Position numbers and translations under genes: made by a program
From: Octopus vulgaris
Lineage: Eukaryota
Assembly: GCA_951406725.2 (NCBI GenBank)
Contig: OX597816.1
Span: forward strand, 102,610,001 to 102,674,000
DNA length: 64,000 nt
Reading direction: 5' to 3'
The notes under the pieces: model-generated
Seen by the model: only the letters and a program-made list of their open reading frames with translations
What the model was told of the DNA's origin: nothing
Database searches by the model: none
In this document: positions 52,374-64,000 of the stretch, piece by piece
How the letters are laid out: each line of letters starts with the position of its first letter
How positions within the stretch are numbered: the stretch's first letter is position 1

Positions 52374-54717
52374 CATTCTCTCACAAACACAATTATATAT
52401 ACACACATGTATACATATAAGTGTGTCTGTGTGCAAGATATTTTATTCTAGTTTTAGTTTTACATTTTAAAAACTTTAACTTTCAAGTCTCAGTAACATT
52501 TTTCATTTCCATCAAGTTGAAAATTTCGCACTGGCAATTGAACACTTGATCTTATAGTCTAGACTAAATGAAACCGGAAGTCACCTTAAAAATCTGTTTC
52601 TGAAGTCTGTTATTTGAGAACTGAACTTTAGTAAGTCTGTAGAAGCGTTAGGAAAGTTGGAGTTAGATTGCAGACACGAAATGAAGAATCGTTAGAATTA
52701 AATGCCTTTCGTACCTCAACATTCTGTACGAGGATCATTCTCCTCCTACACTCTTTGTGGGTCAACAAAGTTGGGCTGCAGAGAATGAAAGTGAGAGATG
52801 GTACTGAGATTGATTTAACCTTGTTGTTCTTAATCTGGACGTTAGCGGCATTTGAAGACGTTATGAATTTACAAAGGAGTTGTAAATATCAAGGGAGAGC
52901 CGGACGTTCAGATGACTCATGATTTGTTTTAGAAGTATTTCAATCAAGTATAATGCCTATATGATAAACACAATTTCAAAATGGATAAATAGATAAATAA
53001 AATAAAATTAAAAGAAAGAAAAAGATATTGTTGGATATTATTACCAGTATTAAAACATGATGAGGACATCGTGTTTACTGCAGGAAAAATCATGATTGAT
53101 AGTGTCCAACATTCGTCTTATTTATAAGCCACTCCTTTAAGCATCTTTCATAAAAATTCGATATAGGTTGTTTTATTTCCACGCAGAGACAAATAAGAAA
53201 ATATGGACAATGAAGCTACAACACAAAATTAACTGCTGTTTGAATAAAAGAAGCTGCTATGCTTCTGATTACTTTTGGCTAAACATGAAGGAGGCGTTTG
53301 AAAACGCCATTCATTGAAAGGAGTTATACTTACAAAAGGCTAAAAACCACTAACCTACAGCAACTGTACTCCTTTCAAAAGAGGAAAAAGAAATACGTGG
53401 GGTGACGGCTTATTAGTGGAATAAGTTGTGTAGTAGAATCGCGGTACTTTAAAAGTCTTGTGGTATTTAGTTATGTGTTATGTTTTTAGTTTGGATTTTG
53501 CCGAGGTCAGCTTTGTCTTTCGACATTCTGGAGTTAGTGTTGTTGTTCAGCCCAAGGCCAGCGTCGATCAAGCAGAAATATGATCAATATCGATCTAGCC
53601 TTGATCACCCATGTACAGTGAATTCAGGATCCCATTATGCAATGTGACTTTTCTAAAACTGGGATTGGATTTGAAGATTTGGCTACTATTTCTGGAAGCT
53701 GAACGACATCGTATTACGATGTTGATAATGGTAAAAATAATACCGGGGTCTAGTCCCCCACTCCATCCCGTGTCCTATTCTCTTGATCTACCAGATATAT
53801 GACAAAAGACGCTCTAGATAAGACAGTGCGTGTTTTCATCAGAGAATGTAATTCAATTGTCATTTTTTAAGAAAATAAGGTGTGGTTTTACTACGATCTA
53901 GCTGCTAATTTTAGTAGGTCGAAAACCACGTCGAGTCTCCCTTGTTGGCTGTCTGGGGCCTCAAAAGGTTTTGGGATGGATGGTAAAGGGCATAGTCGAT
54001 GAAATTAACTTCGAGTACTTAATTGGTGTTTATTATGTCATCTCCTTTTAAGATGAAAGACAAAGTCGACCTTAGTGGGATTTGAACCCAAGAACGCAAA
54101 GGGATTTAATCCAACGCTTTAGCTCATCAGCCACCTCTGCACTACCCTTCTAAGTCAAAGAATAGTAATAAAAGAACACCAAGTGAAGAATTAATGTTAG
54201 AAGTGAACAATGGTTTCATTTGGGATAATTACGTTGACATTTTTGAAATGGTATTTCAGCGAGGGCTCGGGGTAAAGAAAGCGGAACAATAAGGGTGAAG
54301 GGGTGGGACGGGGAAAATCAGTAAGTGAAAGAGGAAGGGTGTGAGAAGAACTCGAAATATAGGAAAATGTAGGTGAACGTTAAATAGGGGATAGTGTCAC
54401 GCTTGGTTGACTACTTAATGGCACGGGATATAGATATATATATCTTGTATTCTCACTATACAAATATACATACACTTATTCACTTATTATGTATACGTAT
54501 ATCATCATCACCACCATCTATATGTGTGTTTGTATATATATATATATATACATATATACACACACAAACACACATAAAATGATACATACACGCACACACA
54601 TATATTATGCATACTTACACATGCATGTGCGTGTATACATTATGTGTGTGTGCGCGCGTATGTAAGTAAAGAAAAAGAAAGAAACGAAGAAAACAAGCAA
54701 GCAAGAAAGAAAGAAAT

Positions 54718-54808
<91 letters not shown>

Positions 54809-54974
54809 CCATGTTAGCCTGATACATTGGCCAGGGAATGTTTATTTGGAGTAGCGAATTTTATGGCAAAAACATACCTTGTATATCGTTACTCAAAATG
54901 TAAACCACATGCGTTAGAACTATCACAACTGAGGACAGATCACGTATTCCCATAAAGCATTAGGACAACACATT

Positions 54975-55131
54975 GGTTTCAAATTTTGGCACAAGGCCAG
55001 CAATTTAGAGGGTTGGTAAGTCGATTACATTGACCCCAGTGCTCAGCTGTTACTTATTTTAACAACCCTGAAAAGATGAAAGGTAAAGTCGACTTCGGCG
55101 GAATTTGAACTCAGAAAGTAAAGACGGACGA
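54975..55131 (-). mobile_element. 5'-truncated SINE-A with 16-bp TSD
   Basis: Flanks attaggacaacacatt (54959-54974) / attaggacaacatatt (55132-55147). Confidence 0.92.
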
Positions 55132-55632
55132 ATTAGGACAACATATTAGAAAAACAAATCCTTGGAAACCAGTGCCGTGGTTAGACAATAAGCTAAACAT
55201 GTTACAGCTTAGAGCTCCGCAATCTATCGAGGCTCCAAAATATAGAAAAAGCATATGTTTCCAAATATTGCGAAACCTGGTATATTTTTTAAGAGACCCA
55301 GAGTTTTATATAGTTTAGAGCATCACCGCAGCATACTGACAACAAATCTTGGGGAATATTTAGAGAAATTTTTGGGACTAAACATATGCGTTAAACATTA
55401 GGATTATATATTTACACATACACACGTTCGCAAGAAAAAAATTGCTTAAGGCCGTACATTTACAACTACCATTGATATTAATATAAAACCTTGATACAAT
55501 ATAAATCTACAGATCTAGAGATTGCTCAACAGTGGTATAGTAAATGTGACAGTAGCACAGCAGTAATACGTATTTATAACAAGAAACATGACATTATAAT
55601 AATCATTTCTGTTTGAACTAGCGCATTTGATT

Positions 55633-55663
<31 letters not shown>

Positions 55664-56147
55664 CACAAACATAATAAGGAATGTAAAAGTATCAGTGAAA
55701 TCTACACATGTCGATAGGAATCTGGATGCAATAGAATTTCTTCTATCAAGGAATCGTTGGTAAGATTACAAAGGTAAAAGCCATTGGAATTTATCCCTTT
55801 GTGGTCTCATGCCTTCGTAAATTCTGTTCTTGTAATACCTACATAATAGCTGTTATCTCTTTATAAATTTCGCCTGGTGCAGGAATTTCACAAAGGAGCG
55901 TTAGATAAATATTGCATAATGTTTAGAAAAAAAAGATAATATTGAGATAAATATATTTATTGACTCTAAACTGTTCGTAATTTAGAATAGAGTGTAAATT
56001 ATCTATTTTATAGATTTAGTATGGGTAAGAAGAGCAGCTCTTAAAGATTTCTTTGCAAGGACTTCAACCACGACGTGATTCGTGCTGGAGTTTTTACTAA
56101 ACTCTGCTAAAAACATTCAATGGTCGAGTTAGTAGTGTTAAACCAGG

Positions 56148-56188
<41 letters not shown>

Positions 56189-56269
56189 CACCCACATATG
56201 TTTAGCCCCTTGTGGGCAATAAAGAAATATATATTTGTATTTGACAAAAAATTCGGTCTTTAACGTTCC

Positions 56270-56420
56270 GGCTTTAACGTTCTGAGTTCAAATTCTACCG
56301 AGATCGTCCTTGCCCTTCATGGTCGATGAAATATGCACCCAATCAATCACTGGAGCCGATATAATCGGCTTTTCGCTCTCCTCAAAATTGCCGGCTTTGA
56401 GCCAAAATCAGAAAGAATTA
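56270..56420 (+). mobile_element. Decayed SINE-A, preceded by an isolated tail-type-1 fragment at ~56198-56228
   Basis: acgttctgagttcaaattctaccgagatcg...gccaaaatcagaaa; tgtttagccccttgtgggcaataaagaaata upstream. Confidence 0.7.
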
Positions 56421-57158
56421 TTAAACTCTGACTTAAATAAGTTCGTTGGTTACAGGTTTCCAACGGACAAATCATTAATACAGTGACATTAAGAGAGTGG
56501 AACTACTTGGTAGTTTAAAAATATTTGATTGGCTTTCTCACAGATATAAGCCGCTGTATATCGGCGAAAGACACACACACACACTTACCCAACCACACCT
56601 GTTATAAATACAAACTCTCTCTCTCTCTCTGACACACACACATACGTATATGGATATATATGCGCACATTTGGATGTGCATATAATATTGATTTCCAGTA
56701 TTCCGAACATTAGAAATATTGATTTCTAATACATTGGATATAAAAGAATGCAAGCGTTCATTTCGTGAACGATTCTAATATTTAGTGTTTTCAAAACCTA
56801 GATATATATTTCTATATCTTGATGTTTTAGTGCCGTGTTAAATATCTAATTTGAAAAATAGTTCTGGTTGACGTATTTCAACTTGTAACGAGGATTTTTT
56901 TTTGTATATTGAGCTAAATTAGAAAATAACAACTATGTTGGCTATCTAGTACTCAAGCTTTGTGTGTGTGTGTGTGTGTGTGGATAACATGTTTCTCTTT
57001 AAAATTTCCCTAAAAATTACCGTAAGCGCTTTTGTTTTATAACTACATCTAAACGACGAATTTCAATGAGTTAATTCTGGTATTTTGCACCCGTCATTCA
57101 TCATGTGACTATTTACCTATTCGACAGATTCCACACACGCACACACACAAACACACAG

Positions 57159-57190
<32 letters not shown>

Positions 57191-57215
57191 CTGTGAATTT
57201 ATGTATGTGTGCGTA

Positions 57216-57247
<32 letters not shown>

Positions 57248-58093
57248 TCACACGCTCACACGTATATATATACACATGCATATATGAGTACACACACACG
57301 CACGCACGCACGCACGCATACACACACACACACATACACACACACACACACACACACATATTTGCGTCCCTGTGTGTATCTGCGAGCGCGTTTGATTGTG
57401 TGTGTGCGCGCGCGTCTGTGAACTCGATTGAAGGTGTATATTTGTTTAACTTTATATGTGTTTATATACAAGTGCAACCGTAGGAACGTATATACATAAC
57501 ACACACACACAGACACACACACACACACACACTCGTACACATATATATAGATGTATATGTCTACATACATACATACATACATAAATACATACATACATAC
57601 ATACATACATACATACATAAATACATACATACATACATACATACATACATACATACATACATACATACATACATACATACATACAAACATATATGCATAC
57701 ATACATTCAGCATTTCCTCCCTGTGCATGAGCCTATGTGCGAATGTTTGCGTATTGGTATGTTTATACGTAAACGTATTTATACGTGTAGGATGTGATTC
57801 AATTGCGCGCATTTTGTAGATTATACTTGTGTGATAGTGCTTATGTCTGTAAATGTCAGTATGCGTATTTCTATTTTTCCAAGAGGAAATACATGAATAT
57901 TTTCCTGTCTATGTGTGTATATTATTCGTATAATAATGTATATAATGTTTTGTATAACATTTGTATTTATATAGCCACGACGAATACATGAATATATGCG
58001 GGTATATTTTCGTGTTTACGTACATGTGTTTATACATACATATATATAAATTATATATATACATACATATATATATATATATGTTTATATCCT

Positions 58094-58141
<48 letters not shown>

Positions 58142-58544
58142 TGTTTAAGATGTGTTAACCTGATGTCAACCAGTGCAGTGTTGCTATGATTCATTGGCAG
58201 CTGCTTAGGATAACATTGCGATTCTCAGGGTAGTTTTCATGTGTGTGCGCGTGTGTGTGTGGGTGTGAGGCATATATATATATATATACGGTGGAGGGAG
58301 ATGGTGGGAGTGAGAGTGAGGGAACGAAAGGTGTGAAAGAATTCCTGACAAAGAAAAGTGATGAGAATTCAGACGATGATCGATGATGTTGGTGATGGTG
58401 CTGATGATGAGGATGATGATGATCCTTATATTCGTCTCAAAGTTGAATTATACTACACTTATATTTTTCACTATTTCTCTCTCTCTCTCACTCATCATAT
58501 ATGCACGTATCTATCTATCTATCTATCTATCTGTATACACACAC

Positions 58545-58638
<94 letters not shown>

Positions 58639-59171
58639 GTATTTACAGACACATAAGTGGTGTTGCCCTCATAATAGTAATATTGTAGTTTCCATTTCTG
58701 AATCGAGTGATGTGTTGTATTCTTGAGCAAAACACTTGGCAAAAACAGCGACGGACCGGCGTCCCGCTCAGGCAAAGGATATTTATGTTACAGAATCCGT
58801 GGATACCGTCCTTTTGAGCGTATGCCTCTAGAAGGGTCTGTAATCCTTTAGTGACATATACGTAGTCTTGTGCCAAAATTTGAAGCCATTATTATTAATA
58901 ATGCTGTTAAGACGACTTTAGTTCTTAGATGTACCTGAAACCAATTGGCTTATCAACGAGGAAGCATTGCTTAAAATCATATATCTATCTGCCTAAGTGG
59001 TTAGGGTGTTGCACTCACTATCGAAAGATCATGGTTTCGGTTTCCGAACTGGGTGTTGTGTTGTGTTCTTGTGCAAAATGCTCCGCTTCACGTTTCTGCA
59101 ATTCACTCAGCTTTAAATAAGTAACTCTTTTGACACACTGGTGCCCCGTTCAGGAAAAATATTAATTTTTT

Positions 59172-59381
59172 TTTTGCCCAAAGAGGGCTAAACATAGAGG
59201 GGGACAAAGAAGGACAGACAAAGGAATTAAGTCCACTACATCGGTACTTATTTAATCGACCCCGAAAGGATGAAAGGTAAAGTCGATCTCGGCGGAATTT
59301 GATCTCAGAACGTAACGGCAGACGAAATACCGCTAGGCATTTCGCCTTGCATGCTAACGTTTCTGCCAGCTCGTCGCCCTT
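59172..59381 (-). mobile_element. SINE-A, tail type 1, with probable TSD
   Basis: Near-identical to 7452-7683; flanks aggaaaaatatt (59152) / aggaagaatatt (59382). Confidence 0.9.
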
Positions 59382-60102
59382 AGGAAGAATATTGTTATCT
59401 CGGTCACTTATACGCCGTGGAAACCACGTAATCGACCCTAAGACACCTTAGGACTTGAAGCAGTAATGTCCAGGGAACTTACTTTTATCTGTAGGTCACA
59501 TTCAGCCGACTAACTCTATCCCATAGAACAACTTCATCAGAGCTGACTGACCTTGAAATTATTACATAACGACAAAATTATAGGGATTTCTATGTAGTCG
59601 CTCTAGCTGCCAAAAATATCTACGAAATGTCCCTCATATCACAATCTGTCAATTTGAGAAAATGCAAAGGACATTAGAATAATAATGTCATAACTACTTT
59701 AGGTGCGGTTAATGTAGAAATAATTTTGATCACAACCTATGCATTTAAAGCTTACCAAGGGCTAAACAACGACAATAACAATAGCAATAACACATATGCT
59801 GCGGATTTGAACTTACGAACATAATGAGCTTGCGATCTTAAGCCTTCCTTAATTAGCCATTCCGACTTAACTACGTAAATTGATAAACACACTAAACAAT
59901 GTTGTCATTAGTTGTTTTTCATTTACCTCGTCTTCGTATTTTTAAAAATACTTTTGTAGCATACATACAAACATCCATCCATCCATTAATCCATCCATCC
60001 ATCCATCCATCCATCCATCCATCCATACATACATACATACATACATACATACATACATACATACATACATACATACATACACACATACATACATGCATAC
60101 AT

Positions 60103-60546
60103 AAAAGAAAATGCCTACGCTGAATTATTGAGGAATCAACAGCTACCCTATCTAGATTACAAGTAATTATTCGGGCACTGGGATATGTAGCACACTGCCT
60201 AAATACCAATCTTGAGAAATTAGGCTTCTCAAACCCAGAAAGGAGAAAGCTGATTCTAAGACTACAGATCCAAGCCATCGGTAGAACTAAAAATCTGTAA
60301 AACATTCTAGAAGTTTAACATTTAAATATATATGAGCATGTCTATACATGCGACTATAAGCATGAGAATACATACATAAAGCAAAATATACAAATCTGCA
60401 CATATACATACATATATATACATATATATATACATACAAAAATACCATGTTGATGTTCAAATTCCTATGAAGGAGCCTTGATTATAGGTTAGAAACCGGT
60501 TCTTTCTTTATTGGCAAGAAAATCTTGACATAAAACTGAATAATGA
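60103..60546 (+). mobile_element. 3' end of an RLE-type LINE embedded in (ACAT)n
   Basis: [11 protein letters not shown]...YK / [23 protein letters not shown]...[15 protein letters not shown] matches the RLE C-terminal K..Y..L ... IIGALG ... LQ...GT..I pattern; ~220-nt 3' UTR; (ACAT)-type repeats on both sides. Confidence 0.75.
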
Positions 60547-61356
60547 CATACGTGCATACATGTCTGTGTGTAAACATACACATACTCATACATAGTTGTA
60601 AACATATGTGTGTGTGTGTATGTATGTATGTATGTATGTATGTATGTATGTATGTATGTATGTATGTATGTCTATGTACACATTCAGTAACTGACTCTCC
60701 ATTCGATTTCAAAACATTTGTTAGCTATTAATTAATAGCAATGTCTAATTTTCATCAGGCTTAGAACTTATGAAAGGGGAGTGTAAAGAATGGTGACTGA
60801 ATCTATAAAATAACTTGACTGGGTCTTATATTATCGATACCGGATCAATGAAAGACAAAATCAGTACAAGCGGGATCTGAACTCAAAATATAGAGGCACG
60901 AGACTGAATATTTTAATGCATTAACGACTAATATCAATCAACGATGAAATCAATTAACAAATTAATCACCGGTCAATCAGTCAGTTCCTTTACATCCATA
61001 CAGGCTTCGATCATCGAAAGTACCTCATCACGTGAATCATATGTTGCGTGCACGTGCTCAGTGTGTAAATGAAAATACCAAAATGTAGCCTCGATCTGAT
61101 GTATAATTTATGCTTAACATATAATCTCAGCGTTGAAATAGACGCATTCTGCATAAATGTGTGCTTGTGCTTGTGCGTATGTGTCTTGTGTGTGTTTATG
61201 TGTGTACCGTTTATGTGAATGTGTGTATGTTGCTGTGTTTGAATGTCTTTAGCTGTGTGTGTGTGTGTTTATATGTGTGAGTGTGTGCATATGTATCTGA
61301 TACCAATTTTTTGTTCTTTCACGCTTGTGTGTATATGCACTTTTATATGAGTGTAG

Positions 61357-61401
<45 letters not shown>

Positions 61402-61522
61402 TACATACATATATACATACATATTTAAATATATATGTGTTTGTATGTGAGGGTGGTTTTTATATCAGTATATGCACTTGCAGTGTGTAGTTTTGCATAT
61501 CTCTTCATGTACGTATATTATT

Positions 61523-61571
<49 letters not shown>

Positions 61572-61709
61572 TGTGTGTGTGTAAGTGTTTATACCCACCC
61601 GTCCGCAGACACAAACGGGCAAATATATGCACAAACACACATACGCACACACATACACAAATATATATGTATGTATATATATATTATGTACATATTATAT
61701 ATTACATAT

Positions 61710-61768
<59 letters not shown>

Positions 61769-62390
61769 TATGCGTGTGTGTGCGTGCGCGATCATATCTC
61801 TCTGCCTTTAATATGTATTCATGTTTCTTTTGTTCTGGTTATTGGGCGAAAGACGAAGAGAAATTATTTTGTTTGGCGAGAACAACAGCAGCAGCAGTAG
61901 CAACAACAACAATAACAACAACACAACACAACAAAAGCACATTAGTTAAATGTTCAACAGGTAAATAGTTGGCACCAGGCTACCTCGCTACAGGGCTACA
62001 GCATCTACAGGGAATTACATATAGGACAGCTGGTGAAGTGATGTACTAGCTTGGTGGTCTTGGCACACCATCTCACTCTGTCTGATTATTATGTTGTTCG
62101 TTGGTCTTGTGTCTGTTGTTACTTGTTCATGTACAATGCCAACAGACACTTTGTTGGTCATTTATTATTCATACGTACGCACACACATATGTAGACATAC
62201 ATACATACATGCATACATAATGCCTGTGTATATGTGTGTGTGTGTGTATACTCAATATATTTATGTGTGTGTATGTAAATAAGTACATGTACATGGGTGG
62301 TGTGCGTGTATAGTGGCAGAAATGAATGAAGAATAGGTGAAAGACAACAGAAAAGGAAAAAAAAGTTTGACACATTAATGAAAGAAGAAA

Positions 62391-62430
62391 GCGTTACACT
62401 GTTTCGGACGTTAGTCCTTCATCAGAACAA
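62391..62430 (-). ncRNA. Minimal type I hammerhead ribozyme motif (Penelope-type), intact core
   Basis: Minus strand gtt-CTGATGA-a-GGAC-taac-GTCC-GAAAC-agt-GTA-ac; perfect 4-bp stem II; stem I register imperfect. Confidence 0.75.
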
Positions 62431-62952
62431 AGAAAGATTGAGCTATAGAGTGAGTGAGACAAAGAAATTATCACAGAACAAAATGAGTGGCAGATTAGGA
62501 ACCGAAGAAGGGGAGGTTGCTTTTTATGGGGGGGGGGGGGTTAGATGGAAGCCAGTATAAGACTATATTAACATCTGGACGTGGGCATAAGCTGTAGCTT
62601 GTGTCTGTTTTATGTGGTATGCGTATATGTATACAGGTATGCAAGTGCGGAAGTATATGGACGTTGGTTAGTGGATGTAGAGTATTTCTATGTTTAATAT
62701 GTTTGCAATTGTTAGGTGGACAACCTGTATATAAGGAGGTGAGTTTGAGAGAATAAAGATATTGGTGAAGTACATAGGCTGGTAAGAGCATTGCCAAAGG
62801 TATTGTTGATGTGTAGAAATGTTACTAAACAAAGAGGAAAAGCTTAAAGTGCGCGAATTTTGTGAAAAGAATAAGTCAAAGAAATTACTAAAAATTACTC
62901 AAGAATGGTAAATGCTTCGGAGAGTTTGATAGCATTTCCAGAGATACAGCTA

Positions 62953-63039
<87 letters not shown>

Positions 63040-63092
63040 TTATCTATCTGTCTGTCTGTCTGTCTATATGTCTGTCTGTCTGTCTGTCTATA

Positions 63093-63178
<86 letters not shown>

Positions 63179-63227
63179 CATAACTACATGCATACGCGCG
63201 CGCACACACATATTTATTCATACACAT

Positions 63228-63405
63228 TGATTTCAAATTTTGGCACAATGCCAGCAAGATCGGAGGAAGAGGTAAGTCGATGACATCGATTCCAGTTCTC
63301 AACTGTAACTTATTTTATCAACTTCTAAACGATGAAAAGCGAAGTCGACCTCAACAGAATTTGAGCTCACAGTGTAAAAACGGAAGAAATATAGTCAAGC
63401 ATTCT
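63228..63405 (-). mobile_element. Decayed SINE-A, tail type 2
   Basis: tttcaaattttggcacaatgccag...aagtcgatgacatcga...aagtcgacctc...gaatttgagctc. Confidence 0.8.
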
Positions 63406-63605
63406 GCCGACAATGTATGCAGGTGTGCGTGCGTGTATGTGTGCGTGTATGTATGTGTGTGTGTGTGTGCGTGTGTGCATGTGCCGTGGAAAGCATACAT
63501 TAACAAAAACAGAGGAAGAAAGGTAAATTTAATGAGAGAGCCAGCCTCCATTTTGTGTGTACTTACAGCATAATTCGGGTTCTCATTAAACACTCACTCA
63601 TTCGT

Positions 63606-63636
<31 letters not shown>

Positions 63637-64000
63637 GAAGCGAAAATTTCTTAATGCTAACATTCCTTAATGTAGTGCATTTGTGTGGAATATGGAAGTT
63701 GAAAGAGAGACTCGAAGGGAGAGAGAGACGGAGAGAGGGAGTGAGAGAGGGTGAGAGAGTCAATAACTCGCTCATAATCTCTTGCATCCATTTATCGGAC
63801 GAATCTTATACAATACATATACATAGATACATAGGTATATACATACACATTCATATATATATATATATGCTGTGTGCGTTCACGTGTGAATGAATACACG
63901 TACACACACACACGCGCACACACACACACATATACACACACATATGCACGCGCGCGCACGCGCACTCACTCACTCACACACACACACACACACACACATA

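Noticed and set aside
52668-52922. 84-aa non-repetitive ORF
   Set aside because: No recognisable homology, non-ATG start, no convincing splice sites
55170-55340. Possible hAT-type MITE starting cagtgccg
   Set aside because: Matching right TIR and TSD could not be established

Overview
AT-rich, microsatellite-saturated eukaryotic non-coding DNA. The SINE sequences and the (CA)n/(TA)n/(GATA)n/(ACAT)n landscape look like a coleoid cephalopod, most likely Octopus (recognised from memory, not verified by a search). I cannot support any intact host protein-coding gene: nearly all listed ORFs are translations of simple repeats, so the window is probably a large intron or gene desert. Supportable content: about 25 copies of one tRNA-headed SINE (my label A, with three alternative 3' tails), three further SINE-like families (B, C, D), decayed LINE 3' ends (RTE, CR1, and three RLE-type R4/Dong-like pieces, two of them in microsatellites), an internally deleted Tc1, a piggyBac-type MITE, hAT- and Tigger-like MITE remnants, and several Penelope-type minimal hammerhead ribozyme motifs, two sharing a non-canonical CUGUUGA core. 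Unexplained structure includes a one-strand cluster of 12 TGACCT hexamers, a ~0.9 kb cryptic 11-bp-period array, long inverted repeats and a CTCF-like motif inside a hairpin. Boundaries of decayed repeats are approximate.
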